Source: Asterias amurensis (lineage: Eukaryota). Taken from it: a stretch of DNA of 64,000 bases. The stretch spans positions 18,109,185-18,173,184 of the forward strand of contig NC_092661.1 in assembly GCF_032118995.1 (NCBI RefSeq), read 5' to 3'. The position numbers and the translations under genes were made by a program. The notes beneath the pieces were generated by a model that was not told where the DNA came from, did not search any database, and was given only the letters and a program-made list of their open reading frames with translations. Position 1 is the stretch's first letter, and each line of letters opens with the position of its first letter. Below are positions 38,030 through 49,932 of the stretch, in pieces.

Positions 38030-38180
38030 GAAAGAGCCCCTTGGATCCATGGGAAATGACATTCCCCTAGCCTGTCTGTCAGAGCGGAATCCTCTGGTGT
38101 TTGAGTACTTCAAGCAACTGTTTGCCCAGGTTACCAACCCGCCCATTGATCCCATCAGGGAACACATTGTCATGTCACTG
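38030..38180 (+). CDS. GOGAT exon 11: (K)[50 protein letters not shown]
   Basis: 'ttacttcag|GAAAGAG' ... 'GTCACTG|gtatgttg'. It carries 'GSMGND.PLA.LS' and '[12 protein letters not shown]'. Confidence 0.9.
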
Positions 38181-38206
38181 GTATGTTGTATATTAGATAG
38201 CACATT

Positions 38207-38571
38207 AAAGGCACTGGACACTAATGGTAATTACTCAAAATAATTACTAGCATAAAAACTTACTTGGTAACGAGCAATGGAGAGCTGTTGATAGTGTCAA
38301 ACATTGTGAGAAACTGCTCCCTCAGAAGTAACATAGTTTTTGAGAAAGAGGTAATTTCTCACTCAAATAATAAAAGACTTTAGCTGAAGCGTTTTATTAA
38401 GCATCTGAAAGCGCACAATTTGTGCAACAAGGGTGTTTTTTTGTTTATTATTCTCTTGCAACTTCGATGACCAATCGAGTAAAACTTTCACAGGTTTGCT
38501 ATTTGATGCATATGTTGGGATACACCAAGTGAGAATACTGGTCTTTGACAATTACCAAAGGTGTCCAGCCG
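38207..38571. mobile_element. MITE family A copy (GOGAT intron 11)
   Basis: 'aaaggcactggacactaatggtaattactc…attaccaaaggtgtccagccgtt'. Confidence 0.7.
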
Positions 38572-38574
38572 TTG

Positions 38575-38710
38575 ATTTCACCAAACTCTTCCTAACTTAG
38601 GATTCATCTTAGGACTTAGGACGGGTTCAGTTCCAAATACGTAGGACGCGTTGGAACCATCCTTAGTTAGGACGGGTTACTCGTCCTAAGTCGAGTTAGG
38701 ATTAATCCTA
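38575..38710. mobile_element. Repeat family H ('…ttaggac…ggacgggttac(t)cgtcctaa…')
   Basis: A related inverted copy lies at 54790..54905 ('tagtcctaagttaggacgagtaactcatccttactcgag…ctttgtgaaatc'). Confidence 0.5.
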
Positions 38711-39429
38711 GCGTTTCGTGAAATCAGCTGCTGTGCCTTTAAATGGTCTGAGGATGGACAGTCGATGCTGAGGTACTGGATGTGTGCCTCAGGATCTAAT
38801 TTGTCAACTTTCAATACTTACTGAATCCGATTCCACATTAGATTGCTTTACTACACCTCATACAGCAGATTGACATTTACGTGTTCTATCTTTTCATGTA
38901 GTTGTATTGCTAGAGCAGTATATGTGGGCATGTGTTCTACACTGCTGTGACAGTTCCACGACTGCTTCAGAAAGTGCATGCATAGTAGACTAGCATGTGC
39001 CACTTAAGCCTACTACATGTATGTATGCATATTAACCCTGTGCATGATTGTTTGTTTGCGCGGGTTGAAAAGCGATTATAGCATCTGGAACATTATGGTA
39101 AATGGACCATCAAGCAAATGGCTCTCAAGCATAAATATGTATGAGGTTTATTAACCTCATACATATTGTGGTATAAATTAAACATTTTATTCATTCTCAA
39201 AAACTGAAATGCTGTATGAAATTGTTTTTAAACTGTTTTTACTACTTGGGTTGGACTTTAATCTGTAAAAGCACACAGACAAGACGAACACCATTCTTCT
39301 CATACAAACAATTTTGAGAGTCAATATAATATCTGCAAATAATGTTCTTTAGTTGACGTGAATTCAGCGGGAGCAGTTCACATGCAGGTCATCAATCCCA
39401 GGGACTTCATGTCAATTAGCCTTTTTGAG

Positions 39430-40075
39430 GTATAAACCAGTGTTGTAGCCATGGTGGGCGGTGCTGGGCGGTTCTGCCCAGAACTAACAAATTTGGCCCA
39501 GCACTCTGAGCAAAATACACTGTGCTGCCCAACACAGATTTCCTCCAGATTGCACTTCAGTAATGATGGCCCCATACACAGATGTATACGATTAGTCGTC
39601 AGTGTTGTAGCCACGGTGGGCGGTACTGGGCAGGGTCTGCCCAGAACTAACAAATTTGGCCCAGCACTCTGAGCAAAATACACTGTGCTGCCCAACACAG
39701 ATTTCCTCCAGATTGCACTTCAGTAATGATGGCCCCATACACAGATGTATACGATTAGTCGTCAGTGTTGTAGCCACGGTGGGCGGTACTGGGCAGGGTC
39801 TGCCCAGAACTAACAAATTTGGCCCAGCACTCTGAGCAAAATACACTGCGCTGCCCAACACAGATTTCCTCCAGATTGCACTTCAGTAATGATGGCCCCA
39901 TACACAGATGTATACGATTAGTCGTCAGTGTTGTAGCCACGGTGGGCGGTACCGGGCAGGGTCTGCCCAGAACTAACAAATTTGGCCCAGCACTCTGAGC
40001 AAAATACACTGTGCTGCCCAGCACAGATTTCCCCCACATTGCACTTCAATAATGATGGCCCCATTTCTAACATGA
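39430..40075. repeat. Satellite-like tandem array, unit ~163 bp x ~4 (GOGAT intron 11)
   Basis: Unit 'gtgttgtagccacggtgggcggtactgggcagggtctgcccagaactaacaaatttggcccagcactctgagcaaaatacactgtgctgcccaacacagatttcctccagattgcacttcagtaatgatggccccatacacagatgtatacgattagtcgtca' recurs at ~39441, 39604, 39767 and 39930. It generates the repeated minus-strand ORFs 39378..40039. Confidence 0.8.
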
Positions 40076-40758
40076 TTAATGTTGTTGAACTGCTTGCCCT
40101 TGGTGGACTAAATTGGATTTAGAGCCCACCACTATAATTGGTCTAGCTACAACACTGAGTATGGAGGACACTATAGTAGTGCACTGTTCGGTTTAAGTGT
40201 CTCCAGATAAAACTTACCCAAACCTAATAGTGTCATAGGGCTGTGTCCACTATACCTCAAAATGGCTATAGAAAGGAATGCCAATCAGCACAGTGCACAC
40301 AAATTGCTTGAGGTCAGTTTGTAGCTTAACAAAAATCAGACAAACAAATATGATTGGCATTGGCCTACTTATCTAATGCCACCTTCTAAATGGTGAATGT
40401 TTGAATCAACCATATACAAGTAAAAATAAACTATGAAATTTGGGGAAAAACCTTGAAAAAACCCCACAACTTTCAGCCTGTAAATACATTGTCAGTGATT
40501 TTGGTTGTAACAACTGAAATCAGCTGTTGCATTTTTTTTTAGGTTAATGAATTAATTTCAGAGGAAAATATTTCACAATTTTTTGTTATTTAAAGGGAAA
40601 TTTTTAACAGAAAAAAATGATTCAATTATGAACTTCATAACCAGTTTCGCTTTCGAGTGAAATTAACAATGATTTTGGTTATCCTTGCCGATCGTGTATA
40701 TTCTCTTTAATAGTTTCTGTAATTTTAAGATTGTCTGTATACTCTGTTGTTTCTATAG

Positions 40759-40893
40759 GCATGTCCCATTGGCCCAGAGAGTAATATTCTTGAGCCAAGT
40801 GAGCTCCAATGCAAGAGGCTTTTTTTGGACATGCCCATCCTTTCTCTAGATGACCTGGTAGTTATCAAGGCAACAACATTCAGAGGATGGAAG
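40759..40893 (+). CDS. GOGAT exon 12: [45 protein letters not shown]
   Basis: 'ttgtttctatag|GCATGT' ... 'GGATGGAAG|gtgagga'. Phase in and phase out are both 0. Confidence 0.85.
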
Positions 40894-41565
40894 GTGAGGA
40901 TTTGTTTATTATGAATGATGTTGTCCAGCGTGGCAATCTATTCTGGAATAGTCTGGATGACTCTTTTAAATCATTTACAACTTTCTAATTTCACTAAAAA
41001 ACTTAAAACTCAATTTTTAAATCAATGCTAAGATACCTGCCTTATTTTCAGTCTTACACCCGTTTATGTCATGTCTTTTAATAATAATAATAATAATAGT
41101 AAAAATTTATATAGCGCCATATCCATCGAAAACAATGCTCCATGGCGCTAATACAGAGAAACATTAAAAATTTAGATAATCAGCAAAAACGGTTTATAGG
41201 CTGCGGATCAAAAAGCTGTTGCTTCACCCTGGATGTTGCCATTTGTTTAAAGTTCACTTTTGTATCACTTTTATGAAATGTAGATCTAGACTATTATAGA
41301 ATTTGTTGTATTCATTTTGAATTAATGTGACTTTTGCAACATTGAACAAACGTATTGTGTTTGATTACAGTATTATTTAAAATGGGCATCTAACTAAGGC
41401 TATGATATGAAATAACAATCATAACACTTGAATAACAGTTGAATTATTATTTTGTCTAACCCTTTGAAACATTCTCATTTGGTTGTCACTCATATTGATG
41501 TTTGCTTTGTCCATCTTGAATAATATATTACCCCAAGTAATTCTTATTTCCCTTTTGATCACCAG

Positions 41566-41726
41566 ACTAAAACAATTGACATAACTTTCCCCATCACATC
41601 TGGTTGCTCTGGTCTTGTACCTGCGCTTGAGCGAGTGTGTAGTGAGTGTTCTAAAGCTGTAGATGATGGCTATACACTGCTGGTGCTGTCTGATAGAAAC
41701 GCTGGCAGAGAACATGTTCCAGTCAG
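41566..41726 (+). CDS. GOGAT exon 13: TKTIDITFPITSGCSGLVPALERVCSECSKAVDDGYTLLVLSDRNAGREHVPV(S)
   Basis: 'tttgatcaccag|ACTAAA' ... 'CAGTCAG|gtaggt'. The minus-strand ORF 41419..42000 covering it is antisense noise. Phase out is 2. Confidence 0.8.
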
Positions 41727-42334
41727 GTAGGTATCTTTTTATCAAATTTCCCCTAAATTTACTAAATAATTTACCATTATAGGCATGATATTCTTCTAAC
41801 TTGAGTCTGATTTCTGATTTGGTTGCCCTTGGAAAAATCACTAAAACTGTGGTTTTTAGGTTTAAAAGTTGATTTAATCCTACCATATGAACAAGTTTGT
41901 CAGCCCTTGAACTAAAAACATTTTTCAGAATTCTTTCCAAGGACCAATTATCATGCTTGATTACAGCTTGCTTTGTTTTGTTATTTTGTTGAAGTTTCAA
42001 ACATCCACTACCCCTTTATTGGCCGTGCCTGAATGAGCAGCTATGGCTATTGCGTTGAAGTATATGATTTCCTTAGGAACACACTTAGCAACAGCTGTAG
42101 CCGTAACCGCCAAGATGTGTAGTCACATGTGGCCTATCCTGTCCTTCGTCTCTGTGTGTTAGCCTTGGCTTCTACACTTTTCATCATCTATCTTCTCTCA
42201 GCAAAGATCTTTCTTTTTGTTACAATTGTCTAGTGATCTTGACCTACATTTAACTTAAATTTTTTCAAAGAAACCTGCTTTTGAAGTTTTGTAACAATTT
42301 TGGGTTTTACATTAATTTTGGTTTTACCCATATA

Positions 42335-42455
42335 CACTGATGTATCTTATAGTACTGTATGCTCACCGATAAAAATCACAGGCATATTACTTGGGTGGGA
42401 TTTGAATCCATGACCTTCGCAATACTAGAGCAGTGTCTTACCAGTGTTGGGTTTT
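42335..42455 (-). mobile_element. tRNA-derived SINE (family S1), inverted partial copy ending 13 nt upstream of the exon 14 acceptor
   Basis: The reverse complement reads 'cccaacactggtaagacactgctctagtattgcgaaggtcatggattcaaatcccacccaagtaatatgcctgtgattttt'. It matches the heads of the copies at 48296 and 52594. Confidence 0.6.
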
Positions 42456-42467
42456 GTCGTTGTTTAG

Positions 42468-42777
42468 TTCCGCGTTGGCTCTTGGAGCAACCCATCACCA
42501 TCTGATCAAGACTCGACAACGTCTCCGCGTCGGCCTGATCGTAGAGACGGGTGAAGCCAGAGAGATGCACCACATGTGTTTGCTCCTTGGCTATGGTGCC
42601 GATGCCATCTGCCCATACCTGGTCTATGAGAGCGTACAGAGTCTAAGGGATCAGAACCTACTAGGTGAAGAGGTCTTCACTGATGAAGAGATTGCTTTGA
42701 GATTCAAGAGTGCCACAGCTAAGGGGATTGCTAAGGTCATGGCTAAGATGGGAATCTCCACACTGCATAGCTATAAG
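42468..42777 (+). CDS. GOGAT exon 14: (S)SALALGATHHHLIKTRQRLRVGLIVETGEAREMHHMCLLLGYGADAICPYLVYESVQSLRDQ…KVMAKMGISTLHSYK
   Basis: 'tcgttgtttag|TTCCGCG' ... 'CTATAAG|gtaatag'. It matches ORF 42433. It carries 'AVHHHL' and 'GYGA.AI.PYL'. Confidence 0.9.
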
Positions 42778-43037
42778 GTAATAGTTCTGTCTCTTCAAAA
42801 TAATGATCACATAAGAATATTATACAAACATTGGGTACATGTGTTTAATTTCGTAAAATATAATCACAAGATCAAATCTTGAGGCGAAAGGTGATGTAAA
42901 ATGGAAAACAAAATTTCACTGAGTGATTATTCTGTGACAATGCACAAATAAAAGGCATTCAATACTTGTTATATGATACTAGATGTTTTCTTTTTCTGTC
43001 TTACCAGTGTGCCTTCACATTGTTCCCTGGGTCCAAT

Positions 43038-43190
43038 TTAACAGGGCTGCTTAAAGCACAACAAGCAGCTAAGCACAACAAAATGATGCTTACCAGAATA
43101 AAGTCACCAGCCAAACTACCATGTCACACATTAGCAGAAACATGTTAAGCTCAATATTCTGCTTAAGCTCTATGAAATTGGGCCCAGCTT
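43038..43190. mobile_element. MITE family B copy (divergent)
   Basis: 'gggtccaatttaacagggctgcttaaagcac…gctctatgaaattgggccc'. Confidence 0.55.
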
Positions 43191-43301
43191 TCCCACTTCC
43201 CCCTGCCGTCAGGAACTCCTGTCAATACTGTCATACAGATTGGAGTTGTCTTGAGTTGAATCTACTGATTCTTTAACACCATATATTGTATCTTTCTTTA
43301 G

Positions 43302-43412
43302 GGAGCTCAAATATTTGAAGCTGTAGGCCTTTGTCAAGAAGTGGTTGATAAATGTTTCCTCGGTACTGCATCTAGATTGGGCGGTGCTACGTTTCAAGTG
43401 TTGGCTGAAGAG
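43302..43412 (+). CDS. GOGAT exon 15: [37 protein letters not shown]
   Basis: 'tctttctttag|GGAGCT' ... 'GCTGAAGAG|gtgagc'. It carries the conserved 'GAQIFEA.GL'. Confidence 0.9.
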
Positions 43413-44246
43413 GTGAGCTTTGTTTGTCTAGTTTTATAACAGGTATACATGAGATCCAGTAATAACTGTCATGTGCCTAGCAGAAGGTACTACTTACTGC
43501 TCACAAGTTTTTTGGGTGGTCTCAAAGACAAACATATTTTACTGAAATGGTTCTAAAATTATCATGAAGCAGGAAAATAAGGGCATCAAATAGCTTGGTT
43601 AACTTGGTTTTTCACTATATATATTGCTAAAAACAAACCTGATCTAATTTGCGATTGTTTTTTTAAGAATTATTAGTTTCTGCTAATAAAACGAAGGGTG
43701 CCTCAAAAGTGAACTTAATCAATAACCCGGAAGCCTGAGGAAACCCGTAGACAAGGGTGCTTACAAGGAACCAGAAACACTGAAGTTAAACCCCTACTCT
43801 TCCATGATTATTGTTGTGGGTTTTTCTACATACATTACAAAACACAAGGGGTGGCTTCACGTCTTATCCAGAAGGACCAAGCAATTAGGATAAAGTATCT
43901 TGCATAAGAACATAGGCGTTAGGACCTGGAGTGCGTTTTGGCGACCCCAACCAAAAACTGTTGCGGTTGTTGGTCGTTGTGCGGTTGTTGTGCGCTCGGT
44001 TACTGTTTTGGTTATGACGTCGGAAACAGCTTTTGGTTGGGGTTGCCAAAACGCACTCCAGCCTGGCCAGGATTCAAACCCATACTCTCTGAGTGACAGA
44101 ACTTGATTATGGTGCATCAAAACAATAAGATGCACTCACTAGACTGCTCGATCACAACTCTCTTCTTTATGGAGCCAGTCACTTTTCTTTCGTGAAATAA
44201 AAAAAAATTATGGCAAACTTGCTCATGAATGTATTTTATCCATCAG

Positions 44247-44444
44247 GCTCTGCAACGTCACTTCATAGCCTACTCAGATCGGGATGGTGACATCATCACA
44301 AGTTTGGAGCCTGGACAATACCATTGGCGCAGTGGGGGTGAAAAGCACATCAATGACCCCACCAGTGTGGCTAATCTACAAGAAGCTACCCGCAACAAGA
44401 GTCAAACGGCCTATGATAAATTTAGAGAGTCCCAGGAAGCTGTG
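44247..44444 (+). CDS. GOGAT exon 16: ALQRHFIAYSDRDGDIITSLEPGQYHWRSGGEKHINDPTSVANLQEATRNKSQTAYDKFRESQEAV
   Basis: 'ttatccatcag|GCTCTG' ... 'GAAGCTGTG|gtaaacc'. It carries 'G.YHWR.GGE.H'. Confidence 0.85.
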
Positions 44445-44900
44445 GTAAACCATACTGTCCTTTTTTTAGCCGATAAAAAAAACTATAAAAAAACAAATTA
44501 TTCTCAGGCAATCACATTTAAAAAAGCAATCAAACACATAAAAAGAGCATAAGCAATCAAAAGACTGAGGTAAGTGAACTAGCTGGAGCCCGATAGATTG
44601 CCTAAAAGAAATAAAGCTTTTGTCTAGAGGCTCTTCTATCCAGCTGGTTTTAAGAAGAACAAAAGTCTAACCTCTCTTTAAGTACCCTGATTCGACAAAT
44701 TACCTTGTTTGTAAAGTTGTAAGGACCATTTTCCCCCATTTCACCTACTGCCACCCCTGTATCTAAATATGCATTTCCCCTTGCATCGAATTGTTTCATT
44801 TTTGTAAAAAGATTATGGCCAAATTTCTTGACTCTAAACTTAAAGTTTAACATTTTATTATTGGCAGTATGGACTTAATGTACTTTGAATCACTCCCCAG

Positions 44901-45073
44901 ATCAGAGACTGTACCCTGAGGGGTCAGCTTGACCTTCAGATGGCCTCTACTCCTCTTGATCTCTCTCTGGTTGAAGACGCTACCAGCATCGTCAAACGAT
45001 TCGTCACTGGTGCTATGAGCTTTGGAAGTCTGTCTATTGAGACACACACAACACTTGCACGTGCCATGAACAA
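44901..45073 (+). CDS. GOGAT exon 17: [57 protein letters not shown](K)
   Basis: 'cactccccag|ATCAGA'. The donor 'AACAA|gtaagag' is placed before the in-frame TAA. Phase out is 2. It carries 'F.TGAMS.GS.S.E.H..LA.AMN'. Confidence 0.85.
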
Positions 45074-45289
45074 GTAAGAGACGGGCCTCACTGGTTATTC
45101 CAGCTGCATAATGATACAATTTGGTAAACAAAAGTACTTGCTACTTACTTACTTACTTAAGTCGAGTGGTGTCCTCGAATCACGATGGTTCCACAACCCT
45201 TCCTGTCCCCCACTGCCAACTTGAAATCTGTTGATTCAAAACCCGTGTCGATTTTGAGAATGTCAGTGTAAGTTAGTTTAGCAGGTTTC

Positions 45290-45650
45290 CTCCTCCCATG
45301 CTAAGGGGTCCACAGAACAATATTTGATACTGGTTCGTCTTTGCTCCTGTAGCAGTGGCCAGCAAAAACGCATCCTTCTCTGATTTTTGTTGATAGCTTG
45401 GGTAGGCTCCCATATAAGACTTTGTTGGTCATATGTTGGCTCCCGTGGATATTGAGAGCTGTTCTTAATAGCCTTGTGTAGCACCCATTTATCTGCTTTT
45501 CCAGTTTTGGAGTAAGAGTCCATGCCACACTTGCTATGTGGACAAGAAACACCAGGGTTAACCACTACTCTTTCACAATAACTGGTTTCTTTTAGGGGCA
45601 CTTCCAATCCTAGTAGACCCACAGCTTTACATTACAACCCATCGGAAGGA
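45290..45650 (-). mobile_element. Degraded non-LTR retrotransposon 3' fragment (RT C-terminal tail motif '…KIREGCVFAGHCYRSKDEP…', cf. the 'RRLRWAGHV.R' tail of CR1/L2/RTE ORF2)
   Basis: The minus-strand ORFs 45278..45622 and 45301..45552 in GOGAT intron 17 are frame-shifted relative to each other. The family assignment rests on motif memory only. Confidence 0.4.
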
Positions 45651-45820
45651 CGAAGCAATAATGGTTAATTGTCTTGCTTGAGGACACAGCTGTCAAGACA
45701 AGTACTCGAACCAACACTCTGCTAATCAGGAACACCATAGCTTAAAACCAGTGCTAATAACTGCTCGGCTACAACACGCTGTTATTGATTACTTGCTTGT
45801 TTTGGTTTTTTTTTACTAAG

Positions 45821-46034
45821 AATTGGGGGTAAGAGCAATACAGGAGAAGGTGGCGAGTCTGAAAACCGTTACATCAGCAATGATCCTAGCAACAGTACAC
45901 GATCAGCCATCAAGCAGGTTGCTTCAGGTCGGTTTGGAGTCACTAGCTCCTACCTGGCACATGCTGATGAGTTACAGATCAAGATGGCGCAGGGAGCAAA
46001 GCCAGGTGAAGGGGGAGAGCTCCCGGGATATAAG
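45821..46034 (+). CDS. GOGAT exon 18: (K)[71 protein letters not shown]
   Basis: 'tttttttttactaag|AATTGG' ... 'GGATATAAG|gtactt'. The frame agrees with ORF 45984. It carries the FMN-domain hallmarks 'KSNTGEGGE' and '[18 protein letters not shown]'. Confidence 0.9.
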
Positions 46035-46545
46035 GTACTTACTGGACTTCAATCGCTCTTATTAACAAGCCTGGATCATACTTTGAGCAAAAAGCCAATG
46101 TCTGTGAAATTCATGTGCTGTTTTCCAATTGTTATGCAAGGGAGTTCACTTCACTTTCACAATTCAAAAGAAGTATGAACTGGCTAGAACTGTTTTAATA
46201 TTCCTTATTTCTTATGTCACACGGATGATATGTGGCTAGGAATGCAAGAATAAAGTTCTACTTTTACGCTTTAGTTAATTAATCAAATTGATTTGGATAT
46301 TCCTCACTGATAAACCAGGATGATTCTGAAATAACAATGATAAAGGTAGTGAGTACAGGTTTGGAAAAGCACACTGTTTATCCCCTCCCTATGTCACGTC
46401 ATAAATAACGTCACAAGGTTTCTCGCATCGTCTCATTTCAGATAGAAATAAGAATTAACTATACAAAAATAGTGAACTTTATGGTGCAACCATGTAGTAG
46501 AAATAATTCACTCTTAATTAACTGCTACTTTAATGATTTCTCAAG

Positions 46546-46746
46546 GTGTCTGAAGACATTGCCAAGACTCGATCATCCATCCCAGGTGTAGGGCTAGTCT
46601 CCCCGCCTCCTCATCATGACATTTACTCCATTGAGGACCTTGCAGAGCTCATCTACAACTTGAAGTGTTCCAACCCTGAGGCTAGGATCAGTGTCAAGCT
46701 AGTGTCGGAGGTCGGTGTTGGGGTCATCGCTGCCGGAGTTGCCAAG
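46546..46746 (+). CDS. GOGAT exon 19: [67 protein letters not shown]
   Basis: 'gatttctcaag|GTGTCT' ... 'GTTGCCAAG|gtaaacc'. It carries '[14 protein letters not shown]'. Confidence 0.9.
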
Positions 46747-47303
46747 GTAAACCAGATTTATGTCGGAACACAATAGCAAATCAAACCTTATGGAAATTGA
46801 GATTTTGCACCGTGGGATATAAAACATACACCTAGACTGGGCAGTGCATACTATGGTGAAGAATCAAATGTGATTTTGCTTTTTGAAAGATCATGGACTC
46901 CCCTTTAAGAACCTATACCTTTGGGTGTCTTTTGGCCCATCCCTCATGGCCATTTTTGATTGCCCTTTAACTGAAGGGCCACAGACCAGGTGACTAGAAT
47001 GTTATTAGTTTATGTGCTGTACTTTTTCTAGACTTTGCTTTGCAGGCATTTTTTGTGCAAAATGTTTGGAGCTCATAATCATTCAAATCTCAGCAGCACA
47101 TTTCTTTAATTAAACTCAGAAAGGAATGATATAACAACCTGTAATTAAAGGTCTTCGAGAAAGGCTCTGTTATGGTCCAAATGTTAGGTCACTTTCTTTT
47201 TTTTTGCATTTATACCATTCACGGGATGGTAAGCAGCTTTTATCAAATTACTTTTGACGTACGACTAGAATTAACAAGATTGTGTTCTGATTGATTTACA
47301 CAG

Positions 47304-47484
47304 GGTCTAGCTGAACACATTACCATCTCTGGCCATGATGGTGGCACAGGAGCTAGCACCTGGACAGGGATCAAGCATGCAGGGCTACCGTGGGAACTAG
47401 GTCTCTCAGAAACACACCAGACGCTGGTACTGAATGACCTCAGGTCAAGGGTCAAAGTGCAGACTGATGGGCAGCTCCGAACTG
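47304..47484 (+). CDS. GOGAT exon 20: [60 protein letters not shown](G)
   Basis: 'gatttacacag|GGTCTA' ... 'CGAACTG|gtaggg'. It carries '[11 protein letters not shown]' and 'G.PWELGL'. Phase out is 1. Confidence 0.9.
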
Positions 47485-47547
47485 GTAGGGACAATACAAA
47501 CCTCTAATAATATTAAGTAGGATTTGAAACTTTGTATGGTGGAAATA

Positions 47548-47778
47548 CGATATAGAAAGGTTTGCGGTAACACCATGTAATGACTATCTCTAAGAGAGAT
47601 ACCAAGCTAATGCGCCTCCACAGTACTTAAGCAGCATGCAGCATCAGAGTCCAGCTTTCTCCAGAAGACGATTAGAGCATACTGATTGAAACGTCGAGTT
47701 GAAACCAACGGTTCTTTTCAGAACCACCCCAACTCATTAGAGATAGTCATTACATGGTGTTACCGCAAACCTTTCTAT
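47548..47778. mobile_element. Palindromic MITE family G, full copy (TIR 'GGTTTGCGGTAACACCATGTAATGACTATCTC')
   Basis: 'aggtttgcggtaacaccatgtaatgactatctctaagagag…ctcattagagatagtcattacatggtgttaccgcaaaccttt'. Fragments lie at 14758..14900 and 50826..50945. Confidence 0.7.
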
Positions 47779-48239
47779 ATCTAATAATATTGTTTAATTC
47801 AAAACTAAACCTTTCCTCCAACTGGACTGGATGACACTTGAAAAAAAAAAGATTTGATTGAGGCACCTTATATCCCGATCCTCACAGAAATTTTAAAAAT
47901 TAGTGACAAGCAAAACTGGAAGTGAAAATATAATTCAATTTTTGGGTGACAAAGAAAAGTTTCCTGCAGCTTCTGGAATAATGTGCTGGTGCTCTACCAA
48001 CTAAGCAGTAAAGCTCTAATGATGCTTGTACTCCCTGTTGTGTCAATATCTTTGTTCCCGGGCTGCCAGTCAGACGCCATTCAACCTTTAACTGACGTGT
48101 AGCTAGGGATCTTGTCCAAGTTCACAAATCAACCTGGGAAGCGGCAAGAGAGGGATCACTTTCAGGGGATGCAACTTTTTATTTCAAAAGTCAGTAATAA
48201 ATCACAAGGGACACTGACTTGGTAAATTAACATCTATTA

Positions 48240-48478
48240 CATCGTTGCGGTACCCGCTACTAAAAGCATAATATTCGAACAGCCTCTAGCTACTGGGCAA
48301 TCTCGGCGGTCTAGTTGGTAAGACACTACTCTAAATTTGCAAAGGTTGTGGGTTCGAATCCCCCCCAAGTTATATGGCAAGAATTTTTGTTCACAGGACC
48401 CTGGAAAGCACAGCGTGTGTATAATGTACAAACCTAAATTAACAGTCCTGATCCCTGATGCAAATTGACCATCTATTA
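48240..48478 (+). mobile_element. tRNA-derived SINE (family S1) ending ~30 nt upstream of the exon 21 acceptor
   Basis: The tRNA-like head is 'ggcggtctagttggtaagacactactctaaatttgcaaaggttgtgggttcgaatccccccc', with D-arm and T-arm boxes. The tail '…ccctgatgcaaattgaccatctat' matches the copy at 52594. The flanking 'catctatta' is repeated at both ends and may be a target-site duplication. Confidence 0.65.
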
Positions 48479-48508
48479 AATTAACTTGGTTGTATATTTT
48501 GTGTGTAG

Positions 48509-48642
48509 GTCGTGATGTGGTAATAGCAGCTCTCCTTGGTGCTGATGAGTTTGCTTTCTCTACAACACCTCTTATTGCCCTTGGATGCATCATGATGAGA
48601 AAATGCCATCTTAATACTTGCCCTGTGGGTGTGGCAACGCAG
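48509..48642 (+). CDS. GOGAT exon 21: (G)[44 protein letters not shown]
   Basis: 'ttttgtgtgtag|GTCGTG' ... 'GCAACGCAG|gttagagc'. It matches ORF 48490. It carries 'CH.NTCPVG'. Confidence 0.9.
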
Positions 48643-48829
48643 GTTAGAGCATTTGTTGGGGTTGATATGTTTGGGAGCATTGCTAGTGAGGTCTGGATCA
48701 AATATAACACGTTGCCCAGCTTTTTGTAACTATGAAATGTTGTACTGGTATCAGAAATATATCAAAACGAAGAAAGAAATGCTTGCAATCAGCAGTAAGA
48801 TAACCCTTAATATCTGTATGTGATTCAAG

Positions 48830-49114
48830 GATCCAGAATTGCGAAAGAAGTTTGACGGTGAGCCAGAACACGTCATCAACTACTTCTTCATGCTCGCCGA
48901 GGAGGTTCGTCAACTCATGGCCCAGCTGGGCTTCCGTAGCTTCCAGGAGATGATCGGACGCACAGACAAACTCAAGGCATCGGAGCAGCCAGCCAATGAG
49001 AAGTGTCGTATGCTGGATTTCAGCAGGATCTTACAGCGAGCTGATGAGATGAGGGTAGGGGTGAATATCATCGGAGGGAGTAAAGAGCAAAATTTCAATC
49101 TGGGAAACAGATTG
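48830..49114 (+). CDS. GOGAT exon 22: DPELRKKFDGEPEHVINYFFMLAEEVRQLMAQLGFRSFQEMIGRTDKLK…NIIGGSKEQNFNLGNRL
   Basis: 'gtgattcaag|GATCCA' ... 'AACAGATTG|gtaagtta'. It carries the conserved 'QDPELR.KF.G.PEHV.N'. Confidence 0.9.
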
Positions 49115-49807
49115 GTAAGTTAACTTGTCTTCATTGTTTGTTGATTGGTTCATTTGTGTAGTGCCCCTCTTTTAGAGACTCCTTATAAGGAGTTAGAAAA
49201 TGTCGCACCCTAACAAGAATCGAGTTCACATTTTCAATTTTTTAAGAGTACAATTTTGCGATCCTGCAATATTGTCCATGTGGCACACTTGCTAGTCTGG
49301 ACAGCTGATTGGCTGGCGTGTGATCTGTTTGCCATGGTTATGTCTTTCTGATTGGGTAAGGTACTCTAAGTAATAAAAAACTGTATCTACTTCTCCAGCC
49401 AACAAGCTGATGTGTTCTCATTTTTGCTGCTTTTAAACAGCCTCCTGGATGCCCCTACATATCACATATACAGTGATGTGAAAGGTTGAGATTTGGAAAC
49501 AGAGTTCACAAAGTTATTTCTTTTACGATATTCTGAACAGTTTTGTCAAGTATATTTGGCTTGCAGGGGACTTCTCAACAGTCATCTCAACAATACTATA
49601 TGTACAAATTATTTTAAGTTTATTGGTGTTTCAGGGCTCCATTTTCAAGGAGGTAAAATCCAATCGCAAAACTACTGGTCCAATGCTAAAATCACTGGCC
49701 TTCCGCGGGCCAGTGGTCAGGTGTAAATTTTGAGCCATGGTCTTTCTTGTTTTACTACCAACTTGTTACATCTTAATTAATTGATTTACCTAACTTATTT
49801 TGGACAG

Positions 49808-49932
49808 GACAATAAATTGATAGAGGCAGCCCAAGATGTATTGGACGGCAAGAAGGATAGTGTATCTCTAGAGATGGACATTACTAGTCAGAGCAGAGCG
49901 TTTGCCACAACTCTCAGCTTCGAAATCGCTAA
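49808..49932 (+). CDS. GOGAT exon 23: DNKLIEAAQDVLDGKKDSVSLEMDITSQSRAFATTLSFEIA(K)
   Basis: 'ttattttggacag|GACAAT' ... 'ATCGCTAA|gtaagata'. Phase out is 2. Confidence 0.8.

Noticed and set aside
39378-40039. Ladder of overlapping minus-strand ORFs of 89-106 aa with identical sequences
   Set aside because: They are generated by the 163-bp tandem satellite, so each unit restarts the same ORF.
41419-42000. 193-aa minus-strand ORF
   Set aside because: It is AT-rich, low-complexity and antisense to GOGAT exon 13 and its introns, and it has no splice or promoter context.
48296-48368. Possible tRNA genes (also 52594..52660 and 55812..55900)
   Set aside because: A- and B-box-like motifs are present, but cloverleaf acceptor stems do not close. 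Each is followed by a conserved ~120-nt non-tRNA tail shared between copies, so these are tRNA-derived SINE heads rather than tRNA genes.
48237-48710. 157-aa minus-strand ORF
   Set aside because: It runs antisense through SINE S1 and GOGAT exon 21. The sense strand carries the conserved 'CHLNTCPVG' GOGAT peptide.
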